Of a stretch of DNA of 19,313 nucleotides, positions 6,671 to 15,104 are shown piece after piece. The notes under the pieces were generated by a model, which ran no database searches, had not been told where the DNA came from, and was given only the letters and a program-made list of their open reading frames with translations. The position numbers and the translations under genes are program-made. Source of the DNA: a bacterium (GTDB taxonomy: Archaea > Thermoplasmatota > E2 > JACPAO01 > JAHFTW01); contig JAZJZE010000031.1 of NCBI GenBank assembly GCA_040390065.1, positions 1 to 19,313 of the forward strand, read 5' to 3'. Position 1 is the stretch's first letter. Each line of letters begins with the position of its first letter.

Positions 6671-8452
6671 CTAGGCTTCCCGACTGGAACGTCGAATGCG
6701 CCAGACAAAGCAAGCCCCCAGGAGTGCGACGGCAATCATGGCCGTGCCCTGGCCGGGAACGCCGGTGACGGCTGCATCTTCGTACGTGAAGGTCATCGCG
6801 GGTTGGATGCCATCCTGGAATTGCGTGAATTCCAGGACGGTTCCGTTTTCCGATAGCGTCGCGTTGGCCGGCAGACCCGACCATGTCGTAAATTGCGCCC
6901 CGGCAGGAGCGTGGACGACAACGGGGAAACTTGTTGGCCTTGTACCGCCCGAACGGGCGTAGTAGGTGCTGGGCGGAAACGCCCACGTATGGATTGAACC
7001 CGCGTCTGGGGGGTAAAGGAGCTGCCTTGACAAGGTCCAGCCGGTTTCCGCGGCGGCGAAAGGGTCGGAGCGGGCCAAGACAGGATGCAGGTTGGTTACC
7101 TCGACGCGCCCCGTGCCTGTCGAGGAACGATTGCCCAATGTCGCATCAAGCGGGCCGGCCGCCATGCCGAATCTGGCGGCCAATGAACCAAGAGCGCTTT
7201 GCTCGGCCAAGGAGCGGTTTCCGTCATAGCCGGCGGTGTTGACCACATCCCAGGCGCGCCCGGGTTCCGCCAGATCGTAGGTTTCATTCAGGTCGGAGCC
7301 GAGCGTAATCTCCAGCCGCTTGACGTGTTGGGTCTCGAAAACCGCATCATGAACCCGATGGCTGGTCGCCCAACGTTGCTCGACTTCCAGGTTCGTCCCG
7401 AAGACCGTGAGGCTCCCCGGTGCTGGCCCGAAGCTGGTCATCACGGCAATCTGCCCGTCTGGACCTGAAATCATGTCGCGAACGTTCTCGCCAGCAGGCT
7501 CGTCCAAGATACGGACGGCCCCGACGGCGGGGTGGATGAGCAGGGAGTTCCCCTGGACTAGGATGAAGCCTTGCTCGGACCGGACCCAGCGGAAGTAAAA
7601 TGGCAGGCCCCCGACAAACTCGGTCCATAGCCATTCCTTTCCAATCCTCTGGAGCAGGGCGGCCTCGGTCCGCGTCGCCGCAAAGACGCGCTTGTCACCG
7701 GCATCGACGTGCAGGCTCTCGATGCGGCCAGCAAATCCGGCCGGCGGCGGAATCCTGACCACTGCTCCCGATTGATTCAGGGCGAGCAAGCCGCCGCCGC
7801 GGTTCTCAGGCACGAGGAGCTCGCCCGTCGGCGCCGCGACGGCTCGCGAAATGTAGCTGCTCGCGTTGGTCCCGGTGCCGGCCGCCAGGGGGATGGTCTG
7901 ACTTTCGCTGGGCCGGTCCCAAGAGAACCGGAACAGTTCGTTTCCTTCCGGATGAAAAACGGCCGCTTCACCATTGAAGGTCCATGCCGTGGCGGGCCAC
8001 TCGGCCGGGTAGTACTGGGGGTCAAGTCCAGGGATGTCGTCGCGGGAGCCCCACGTCTGGGTTCGCGCTCCCGTACCGTTGGCAGCGACGGAGTATCCTA
8101 CCGTGTCGACAAAGATGCAACACCGATACACAATTTCTGGCTGCAGCCAATACCTTCCATTGGGGCTACGGATGCTGGGTGGGGACCACCCAAGATAGTC
8201 CGGGTAGGCGGCATGGAATACACCAGCACCCGTGGTCCTGAACGACCCGGAGGGGATATCGAAGGCCTCCGTGTCATTGTCGAAATTGGTTTGGAGCGTG
8301 TCCTGGTCCAGCCAACTCGTCTGGAAGAAGGGCGGATACGGTCGTGGAACGGGAGGCGGTGGGGAATGCGCAGTTACGAGCGTAACCTGCGTCAGAAGAG
8401 CAACGAGGACGCAGAGAACGACGGCCCTCGGCGTGCCGGGACCGGCCGTCAT
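6671..8452 (-). CDS. Large secreted/surface protein with a C-terminal anchor
   Basis: N-terminal signal peptide. C-terminal VPG + hydrophobic helix + RIRR, a tripartite archaeosortase-like signal. Codon usage less biased than neighbours. Confidence 0.75.
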   Translation of the reverse strand: MTAGPGTPRAVVLCVLVALLTQVTLVTAHSPPPPVPRPYPPFFQTSWLDQDTLQTNFDNDTEAFDIPSGSFRTTGAGVFHAAYPDYLGWSPPSIRSPNGRYWLQPEIVYRCCIFVDTVGYSVAANGTGARTQTWGSRDDIPGLDPQYYPAEWPATAWTFNGEAAVFHPEGNELFRFSWDRPSESQTIPLAAGTGTNASSYISRAVAAPTGELLVPENRGGGLLALNQSGAVVRIPPPAGFAGRIESLHVDAGDKRVFAATRTEAALLQRIGKEWLWTEFVGGLPFYFRWVRSEQGFILVQGNSLLIHPAVGAVRILDEPAGENVRDMISGPDGQIAVMTSFGPAPGSLTVFGTNLEVEQRWATSHRVHDAVFETQHVKRLEITLGSDLNETYDLAEPGRAWDVVNTAGYDGNRSLAEQSALGSLAARFGMAAGPLDATLGNRSSTGTGRVEVTNLHPVLARSDPFAAAETGWTLSRQLLYPPDAGSIHTWAFPPSTYYARSGGTRPTSFPVVVHAPAGAQFTTWSGLPANATLSENGTVLEFTQFQDGIQPAMTFTYEDAAVTGVPGQGTAMIAVALLGACFVWRIRRSSREA

Positions 8453-8459
8453 GGGGGCT

Positions 8460-8867
8460 TCAGGCCTTCTTCTGCTCGGCCAACTGGGCGAAGTGTTCGC
8501 CGACGGGCTTGGAGCCGGCCTTGGCGACCTTCATGTTGACCTGGTTGATCTCGGCGGAGATACGGTTGCCGCGGACGGATTGGCGCTTGCGCTTGCCGAC
8601 GTAGTCCGTCGGGTGGAAGCCGGTGCCGGCGGTGAGCAGAAGGCGGCGGCGCGCGGAGCCCTCGAAGTCGGCGCGCATCGGGAAGCCGGCCTTGTCGGAG
8701 CCGCCGGTGATCTCGAGCTTGTAGCCGGGCAGGTTGGCGTTGATGCCGTCGACCTGGTCGCCGATCTTCTTGCCGATGAGGTTCTGCGCGTGGTGGCCGG
8801 TCACTTCGAAGTTGAAGCTCTTGCCGGTCGCGGGGTCGTTGATGACGATCTTGAAGGTCGTTGCCAT
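8460..8867 (-). CDS. rps6e: 30S ribosomal protein eS6 (S6e)
   Basis: FKIVINDP, LIGKKIGD, YKLEITGGSDKAGFPM, RGNRIS and QVNMKV. SD AGGTGA lies 5 nt before ATG 8867. Confidence 0.97.
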   Translation of the reverse strand: MATTFKIVINDPATGKSFNFEVTGHHAQNLIGKKIGDQVDGINANLPGYKLEITGGSDKAGFPMRADFEGSARRRLLLTAGTGFHPTDYVGKRKRQSVRGNRISAEINQVNMKVAKAGSKPVGEHFAQLAEQKKA

Positions 8868-8961
8868 GGGGTTCACCTGGTTCGCTCCGGGTATACCGAC
8901 CGTGAGGTCAGCGCACCATGGGGCATCCGGAGCTAGGCTTGCGACAAAGGGGTGCTATTTA
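8868..8961 (-). promoter_or_regulatory. rps6e promoter and structured 5' leader
   Basis: TAAATA at 8961-8956; stem GCTCCGG/CCGGAGC (8933-8927/8890-8884) with inner hairpin CTGACC-TCAC-GGTCGG; then the SD. Confidence 0.5.
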
Positions 8962-8987
8962 GCCCTGACGCGGGCCGCGCAACCCTG

Positions 8988-9701
8988 TCAATCGAGGCGG
9001 CGGCGCGCCACGAAGCCGGCGAGGGCCAAGAGGCCGATGGCGAGCTCCGGGCCGATGGCAGGCGAGGACTTGCCGGGCGCGACGGCGGCCGTCGCCTTCG
9101 TGACGGTGATGCTCTCCTCGTGGTCCTGGTACATGGAGTCCGTCCAGGTGACAGTCATCTTGTCGGCCGAGGTGACGGTGCCGGCGGGCAGGCCCGTCGT
9201 CGCCGACACGGTGAAGCCGGCGGGGGCGTGGAAGGTGAACGGGGCCGTGCCGGAGGCGCTGCTCTGGCCCGAACTCTTGGAACTGCGTACGATGTGTTGG
9301 TTTGCGGCCGGCACGATGTAGCTCAGTGTGTGCATGGCATGGATCGTGATGGGGCCGGTCGCGCTGGCGGAGCCGACCAGGCCGTCGAGGGACGTGGTGA
9401 CGGTGACTGCCGTAGAGGCCTTGATGCCGTCGATGGTGGCGTCGTCGGCGGTGGGGGTCGACGTCTGGCCGTCGAGTTGTGCGACGAGGGCATCCTGTTC
9501 GGCTTGCGTGATCATGCCGTCTTGGTCCGTGTCGGCCATTTGGCGAATCTGGCCGGCTTCGCTGCCGGTCAGTTGGGCAACGGCAGTCTCGACGAGGCGG
9601 TCGGGGGCGGCCATGTTGATGTCCATCGAGATGCCCACCGTGCCGGCGCAGGCGGGTGGGATGAAGGCGAGCAGAGCGGCGGCTGCCAGGAGCAAGCGCA
9701 T
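8988..9701 (-). CDS. Secreted surface protein with an EF-hand-like Ca-binding loop and C-terminal anchor
   Basis: Signal peptide MRLLLAAAALLAFIPPACA, DTDQDGMITQAE loop, C-terminal SPAIG + TM + RRR. Confidence 0.8.
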   Translation of the reverse strand: MRLLLAAAALLAFIPPACAGTVGISMDINMAAPDRLVETAVAQLTGSEAGQIRQMADTDQDGMITQAEQDALVAQLDGQTSTPTADDATIDGIKASTAVTVTTSLDGLVGSASATGPITIHAMHTLSYIVPAANQHIVRSSKSSGQSSASGTAPFTFHAPAGFTVSATTGLPAGTVTSADKMTVTWTDSMYQDHEESITVTKATAAVAPGKSSPAIGPELAIGLLALAGFVARRRLD

Positions 9702-9746
9702 GCGACGGCCATGGATGCGGCCCCATATGACCATTCGGGGGACCTC

Positions 9747-10016
9747 GAGGCTGTTTCATAACTTCCAGGAGGCCTGCGCGCGCGGGTTTGCAAGGAAGGC
9801 TAGGAGGATTTGCCGACGGCGTGGCAGCGCCACGCCGAGGTGAATCCGACGACGCCCGCCGCCGCAAAGCGGCGCGCCCTTGCGGGTCGTTTTCCGGCCA
9901 CACATTCCCAGCGCGGGCGGCCTTGGCGGGCTGCCGGCCCGCCAGCGGCCGCCCGCGCCGCGACTGCGAGGGCCGGAAAACGACGCAGGCCACCCTGGCA
10001 GTTATGAAACAGCCTC
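9747..10016 (+). mobile_element. MITE-like structured repeat, copy A (270 bp)
   Basis: Perfect 17-bp terminal inverted repeat GAGGCTGTTTCATAACT/AGTTATGAAACAGCCTC (22/23 when extended). Homologous to 13896-14163 and 19208-19313. No transposase. Confidence 0.88.
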
Positions 10017-10891
10017 TAGTGGGCGGCGTCATGGCCATGCGGCTTGCGTAGCCGGAGGATGACGTACGTGGCCATCACGCCGAGATAGAGGAGGTACGTT
10101 GCGACCTCGGCCCAACGAGGGTCGGCGCGATACCCGAGGACCGCATGCAGCACTCCGCCCGTGGTGCACGCCGTCGTGGCCGGCGCGCCAGCCTCGCACT
10201 CCGTCGGAACGTTCGCCGACAAGTCCCATGCGACGGGCGATTCGGGGAACCATGCAGGCCCACCTTCCTCCTTGGGCTCCGACAGTTCGTGCACCGCCGT
10301 CACCGTGACGCCGGCCGCGATGACGACGAGGACCAGCCCGGTGGCAGCCATGAAGCGCTCGATGGACATCTTGAGGAAGCCGCTGAAGACGAGGAACGCG
10401 ACGAAGGCGCTTGCGGCGATGCCTGCCATGAGGGCCAGCGCGGTGGTGGCTGCGCCGTCGGTTTGCGAGCGTGCGGCGACGAAGAGGACCGTCTCGACGC
10501 CTTCGCGCAGGATGGCAATCAGGCCGAGGCCGAACAGGATGCCGCCGCGGCCGCCTGCCAAAGCTTCCTTGGTGCGCCGGTGCAGCGCGCCCATCATCCC
10601 TTGGGTGTGCCGGTACATCCACACGACCATGTACGTCAGGATGAGCACGGCCACCAGCGCCGCGAGGCCCTCGAACAGCGCCTCGTTGCGGTCGTACATC
10701 TCCTTCGATACGCCCTGGGCGAGCCAGCCGGCAAGCCCCGAAATGAGTAGACCAGCCAGTGCACCCCAAAGGATTGGGCGTCGCGCACCGGGCTGTCCCG
10801 TCTTGGTGGCGATGCCAAGGAGGATGCCGAGGATCAGCAGTCCCTCGAGCGATTCGCGCAGCGCGACCAATCCGGTGTCGATGAAGGCCAT
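10016..10891 (-). CDS. FTR1/EfeU-family high-affinity iron permease
   Basis: Two RExxE motifs (RESLE, REGVE), multiple TM helices, WMYRH; ATG 10891. Confidence 0.93.
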   Translation of the reverse strand: MAFIDTGLVALRESLEGLLILGILLGIATKTGQPGARRPILWGALAGLLISGLAGWLAQGVSKEMYDRNEALFEGLAALVAVLILTYMVVWMYRHTQGMMGALHRRTKEALAGGRGGILFGLGLIAILREGVETVLFVAARSQTDGAATTALALMAGIAASAFVAFLVFSGFLKMSIERFMAATGLVLVVIAAGVTVTAVHELSEPKEEGGPAWFPESPVAWDLSANVPTECEAGAPATTACTTGGVLHAVLGYRADPRWAEVATYLLYLGVMATYVILRLRKPHGHDAAH

Positions 10892-10892
10892 T

Positions 10893-10949
10893 TTCGGCTC
10901 CCCTAACACGGCGACGCGGCTGGTCTATTTGACTTTTAGGCCGGTCGAA
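10893..10949. promoter_or_regulatory. Two candidate DtxR-family operator sites upstream of FTR1
   Basis: TTCGG-ctccc-CTAAC (10893-10907) and TTTAG-gccgg-TCGAA (10935-10949); the same motif occurs at 11423-11437. Confidence 0.55.
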
Positions 10950-11407
10950 ACATTCTTGGGGCGTGCCTGTCGGGCGGCGCGCGGGCGGCTGTCGATCTGC
11001 TCCTTGACTTTCCGGTCGGTGTTGAACGCGTGGCCGAGGCGTTGCTCGAGGTAGGCCGCCATCCATGCCTCCAATTGCGCCGGGATCGTGTGCTCCATGT
11101 CGCAGGCGGCCTCGTGGGCAGCTCGGTGGTCCATCCCGCAGACTTCCTGCAGGAACGCCTGCATGACGCGGTGGCTCGCCAGGATGCTGCGCCCGACGCG
11201 GCGGCCGGCGGCGGTCAGGACGACGCCCTTGTACGGCTCGTAATCGACGAAGCCAGCCTTCTGCAACTTCTGCAGCATGTCCGTGACCGAGGGCGGCGCC
11301 ACGCCGAGGTGCCCCGCGATGTCCCCGGTGCGCGCGACCTTGCCTTCCTCTTCGAGGCGATAGATGGTCTCCAGGTACTCCTGCATCTGCTCGGAGGGCC
11401 CGTCCAC
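10925..11407 (-). CDS. DtxR/MntR-family metal-dependent transcriptional regulator
   Basis: EYLETIYRL, HTH DIAGHLGVAPPSVTDMLQKL, YEPYKGVVLT, and metal-site residues HR and EAACDMEH. Confidence 0.95.
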   Translation of the reverse strand: MDGPSEQMQEYLETIYRLEEEGKVARTGDIAGHLGVAPPSVTDMLQKLQKAGFVDYEPYKGVVLTAAGRRVGRSILASHRVMQAFLQEVCGMDHRAAHEAACDMEHTIPAQLEAWMAAYLEQRLGHAFNTDRKVKEQIDSRPRAARQARPKNVSTGLKVK

Positions 11408-11422
11408 GACGGCCAGGAAAAC

Positions 11423-11437
11423 TTCGGGCTAACTAAA
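11423..11437. promoter_or_regulatory. Candidate autoregulatory DtxR-family operator
   Basis: TTCGG-gctaa-CTAAA imperfect palindrome, 16-30 nt upstream of the regulator start. Confidence 0.55.
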
Positions 11438-11463
11438 CCTGTTGCAGAGGGCGCCGTCCAGGC

Positions 11464-12588
11464 CTAAGGGGTCGGCGGGAAGTCGATGCCGCTCAGCAAC
11501 TCGCGCTTGATGGCGTCGCGCTGCATCTGCGTGCTCTCGCCGACGAACTGAAGCGCCCGCACGTCGCGGGCAAAGCGCTCGGTCCCGCCGTCGCGCATGA
11601 AGCCCGTCCCACCCTGGATGCGGATGGCTTGCCGCGTCATGGGCACGGCCATCTCGGCGCAGAAAGCCTTGGCCCGCGCCGCCCAAAGGTGTCCATCCGC
11701 CTGGCCAAGCCGCGCGGCCGCCGCACAGACCAAGGCCCGGCCCGCAGCAAGCTGCGTATCGATGGTCGCCAAGCCGTCGGAGACCGCCTGGTACGTGCCG
11801 ATGGGCGCGTTGAACTGGCGCCTCGTCTGGGCAAACGCCGCCGCGGCATCGAGAGCGCCACCGACGCAACCGCAGAGCGCTGCCGCCGCACCCAATTGCA
11901 GCCAGCGCCGCGCGGCCTCCGCGATTGCGGCGCCCTGCCCGACGCCACCGATCACGGCACTCGTCGGTACCTGGACGCCGTACATGTAGACGGTACGGAT
12001 GCCGCAGGCGCGCAGCCCAAGAAGCGGCTCGTTCTCCCCGAGACTGACGCCGGCTGTGTCCGCGGGTACGTGCAGCAGCGTGGCGCCGCCGCCTTTTCCA
12101 GGGACGTTGGCCAGGACCAGGAAGTGGCGGGCGCCGGCCGCGTGGATGGCCCAGACCTTCTGCCCCGTGATGGCAAAGCCGCCCGGTGTCGGCATCGCCG
12201 TGGTGCCCGGGTGCAGGATGTCGGAGCCCAGCGCCTCTTCCGCCACGAGCCAGGCGGCAAACTCACCTGCGGCCAGCGCGGGAGCTAGCGGGTGCCCTGC
12301 CGCCGCCGCGGCCGCCAACGCGGCATTGTGCGCGATGAGGATGGCGGCCGCATTGGCATCGACTTGTGCGATCTCGTCGATGGCAAGCACGAACGGCGTG
12401 GCACCGAGCGGGGAGGCCGGGTCGGCCAGCGCCGTCAGCCCCAGTTGGACGGCTTCCGCCAGCGCCGCCTCGGGGACGCGGTCGTGCCGGTCGGCGTCCT
12501 GGGCACTCTGCAACGTGATGCGCGTCCGGGCGAACTCGCGCACGACCTTGCGCACGGCCTCTTCGTCGTCGGAGAAGGCGAAGGGCAC
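11464..12588 (-). CDS. Acyl-CoA dehydrogenase family protein (divergent active site)
   Basis: GTG 12588; [43 protein letters not shown] and ERFARD. Confidence 0.9.
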   Translation of the reverse strand: MPFAFSDDEEAVRKVVREFARTRITLQSAQDADRHDRVPEAALAEAVQLGLTALADPASPLGATPFVLAIDEIAQVDANAAAILIAHNAALAAAAAAGHPLAPALAAGEFAAWLVAEEALGSDILHPGTTAMPTPGGFAITGQKVWAIHAAGARHFLVLANVPGKGGGATLLHVPADTAGVSLGENEPLLGLRACGIRTVYMYGVQVPTSAVIGGVGQGAAIAEAARRWLQLGAAAALCGCVGGALDAAAAFAQTRRQFNAPIGTYQAVSDGLATIDTQLAAGRALVCAAAARLGQADGHLWAARAKAFCAEMAVPMTRQAIRIQGGTGFMRDGGTERFARDVRALQFVGESTQMQRDAIKRELLSGIDFPPTP

Positions 12589-12687
12589 GGCTCTTGCTAT
12601 GCCCTCGGCCCGCCTAATGCCTTGCGCTGGCGGAGCACCGCCTGCTCCTTGGGAAAACGCCCTAAGCCGGGGCGGCCATCCCCGTGC

Positions 12688-13098
12688 ATGGCGAAGGCGG
12701 CGAAGGCCAGTGCGCCCGACGACGACGAATGGAAAGCCAAGCTCACGCCCGAGCAGTACGAGGTGACGCGCTGTTCGGCGACGGAGCGTCCCTTCACGGG
12801 GAAGTACTGGGATCACAAGGGCGTCGGCCTGTACAAGTGCGTCTGCTGCGGCACCGCCCTCTTCAAGTCAGACACGAAGTTCGAGTCCGGCACGGGTTGG
12901 CCCAGCTTCTGGGCCGCCGTCGACCGCAGCAAGGTGAAGGAAGTCGAGGACCGCGAGTACGGCATGGTGCGAACGGAGGTGCGTTGCGCCACCTGCGACG
13001 CCCACCTCGGGCATCTCTTCGACGACGGGCCCAACACCTCGGGGGAGCGCTACTGCATCAATTCGGCGAGCCTGGACTTCGAAGGCAAGGCCAAGTGA
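12688..13098 (+). CDS. msrB: Peptide-methionine (R)-S-oxide reductase MsrB, Zn-binding type
   Basis: [17 protein letters not shown], two CxxC, GWPSF, HLGHLF and RYCINS. Confidence 0.97.
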   Translation: MAKAAKASAPDDDEWKAKLTPEQYEVTRCSATERPFTGKYWDHKGVGLYKCVCCGTALFKSDTKFESGTGWPSFWAAVDRSKVKEVEDREYGMVRTEVRCATCDAHLGHLFDDGPNTSGERYCINSASLDFEGKAK

Positions 13099-13200
13099 AG
13101 AGGCCTGGAAAACCCGAGGATTTTGCCGCGACACGAAGCACCAAGCGTCGGCGTGTGTAGGCCCCCGGCAGTGGCCGCCCCTGGCCACACGGTGACCCCA

Positions 13201-13896
13201 ATGAACATGCGAAACCTGCTTGCCCTGATTGCCGTGGCCATGGTCACGTTCCCGTTCCCGGCGCAATCCTCCGGGACCGACGGCTCGAACGCCGCCAACA
13301 AGACGGCTGCCGCCGGCTCCACCGTGGAGATCCTCGGCAACGGCGTCTCCGGCGGATCCAACTCCATGTCGGCGACGGTGCTTGCGACCTCCATCAAGAC
13401 GTCGCCGCCGCAGGACCTCCTGTTCACGGTCAGCTTGGAATGTGCGCTGTGGACCACGGTGAAGACGGTCGGCAACGACGTGTCCGAATCGACATCCCGT
13501 GTCACGGTGACCGTCTTCTTCGACGGCAACATGGTCCCGATCAGCTCGGATGACGCCGACGGCTCCGTCGTGTTCTGCGACCGCACCCACCAGCAGTCGA
13601 CGTCCGGCTTCGACGACGAGAACGCCACCATCAAGCAGTACCTCGCCACACGCACGGCCAACGCCTTCAGCTGGGTCCTGCCCAACGTCGGCGGCGGAAC
13701 CCACTCCGTCGAAGTCGTCGCCGAACTCTCGGGCACCGCCACGGACAATGCGTTCACCCAGGCTGGCATCGGTCACCGCACCCTCGTCGTCGAGCCCGTG
13801 CACCTGGCCCAAGGCGCGACCGTGACCAACACCGCCCCGGCGGCGTCGCACGGCGCCACGGCAACGACCAGCCTGCTCTGGGGCTCGGCGTTCTAG
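13201..13896 (+). CDS. Secreted hypothetical protein
   Basis: Signal peptide MRNLLALIAVAMVTFPFPAQS, beta-rich body, strong host codon bias. Confidence 0.8.
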   Translation: MNMRNLLALIAVAMVTFPFPAQSSGTDGSNAANKTAAAGSTVEILGNGVSGGSNSMSATVLATSIKTSPPQDLLFTVSLECALWTTVKTVGNDVSESTSRVTVTVFFDGNMVPISSDDADGSVVFCDRTHQQSTSGFDDENATIKQYLATRTANAFSWVLPNVGGGTHSVEVVAELSGTATDNAFTQAGIGHRTLVVEPVHLAQGATVTNTAPAASHGATATTSLLWGSAF

Positions 13897-14163
13897 AGGT
13901 CGTTTCACAACTGCCAGGGTGCCTGCGTCGTTTTCCGGGCTTCGCAATCCTGGCGATGGCGGCCGCCGGCGGGCCGGAAGCCCGCCAAGGCCGCCGGCGC
14001 CAGGATTGTGTGGCCGGAAAACGACCCGGAGGGCGCGCCGCTTTGCGGCGGATTCCGGCGTCAGCCGGGCCTCGGCGTGGCTCTGCCACGCCGTCCGCCC
14101 AACTTCCTTGCACTCCTTGCAAACCAGCGCGCGCAGGCTTCCTGGAAGTTGTGAAACGGCCTC
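13896..14163 (-). mobile_element. MITE-like structured repeat, copy B (268 bp, inverted relative to A)
   Basis: Terminal repeats GAGGTCGTTTCACAACT/AGTTGTGAAACGGCCTC. About 84% identical to copy A by hand alignment. Confidence 0.88.
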
Positions 14164-14170
14164 TGGCGGC

Positions 14171-14584
14171 CTACTGGAGTGCCCGGCAGGGCACGCGGGT
14201 GCCCGGTCCACCGGGGCCCGGGAACCAGTTGACCGTGATGAGGCGGCCGACCACGACCTCGACGGCGCTTCCCGGCATGGGCTGCGCGGGGCAGTCCCAC
14301 GTCGATTGGTTCACGGCGTCGAGATGGATGAGCAGGCCCGTGGGCGTTGCCTGTTGCAACGGCGGGAAGCTCACCTTCTGGTTCCCGGCGATCGTCGCAT
14401 TGTGCTCGTAGACGGCGACCTCGCCCTGCTGGATGAGAAGGCCGACAGGGACCGCGACGTCCGCGGTGTTGCTCACCGTGAAGGGGATCAGGGTCGCGCT
14501 CGACGCCGTCGTGGGCGCAACGGTCGGCTGCGACGAGGAGCAACCGGCCAGCAGAAGAACCGCGGCGACGAGCAGAAGCCTCAT
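14171..14584 (-). CDS. Small putative lipoprotein
   Basis: MRLLLVAAVLLLAGC lipobox; ATGA overlap with the Rid gene. Confidence 0.75.
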   Translation of the reverse strand: MRLLLVAAVLLLAGCSSSQPTVAPTTASSATLIPFTVSNTADVAVPVGLLIQQGEVAVYEHNATIAGNQKVSFPPLQQATPTGLLIHLDAVNQSTWDCPAQPMPGSAVEVVVGRLITVNWFPGPGGPGTRVPCRALQ

Positions 14585-15042
14585 TCCAGCTCGGCCACCA
14601 CTTCGACCTCGAATGGCACGTTGAACGGCAGTTCCGCCACCCCGACGCTGCTGCGGGCGTGCCGGCCCTTATCGCCGAAGGCTGCGACGAAGAGTTCGCT
14701 GGCGCCGTTGGCGACGACGTGGACGTCGGTGAACCCGGGCGAGGCCGCGGTGAAGTTGACCGTCTTCACGATGCGTACCTTGTCGAGGTGGCCGCCGGAC
14801 GCCTCCCTGAGCACGGCGATGGCGTTGAGGGCGCACACCCGGGCGATGGCCTGCGCGTCCTGCACGTTCACGTCCTTGCCGACCTTCCCCGTGCGGATGG
14901 GCTTGCCGTCGACCAGAGGCACCTGCCCGGACACGTAGATGGTCTTTCCAGCCCGCGTCCACGGCACGTACGTGGCCGCCGGCTTTCCCGGCATCGGCAG
15001 TTGGTGGCCGGCCGCGGCCAGGCGCTTCTCGACGTCGCTCAT
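14581..15042 (-). CDS. RidA/YjgF-family protein (enamine/imine deaminase-like)
   Basis: PAATYVP, IYVSGQVP, VANGASELF, HARSSVGV (catalytic Arg) and LPFNVPFEVE; ATG 15042. Confidence 0.93.
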   Translation of the reverse strand: MSDVEKRLAAAGHQLPMPGKPAATYVPWTRAGKTIYVSGQVPLVDGKPIRTGKVGKDVNVQDAQAIARVCALNAIAVLREASGGHLDKVRIVKTVNFTAASPGFTDVHVVANGASELFVAAFGDKGRHARSSVGVAELPFNVPFEVEVVAELE

Positions 15043-15104
15043 GGGCCAGGCCATTTCCATGACCCCACATGAAGTTTCATGAGTGTGGCCGACCATGCTC
15101 TTGC

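Noticed and set aside
8959-10062. ORFs crossing the repeat copies (also 13754-14411) as a transposase or peptide
   Set aside because: No DDE or HUH motifs, and single-base indels between copies A and B break the frame.
12589-12816. Long N-terminal extensions of ACAD, MsrB, Rid, EtfB and EtfA in the ORF track
   Set aside because: They overlap neighbouring genes and are stop-poor artefacts of high GC; internal starts match family N-termini.
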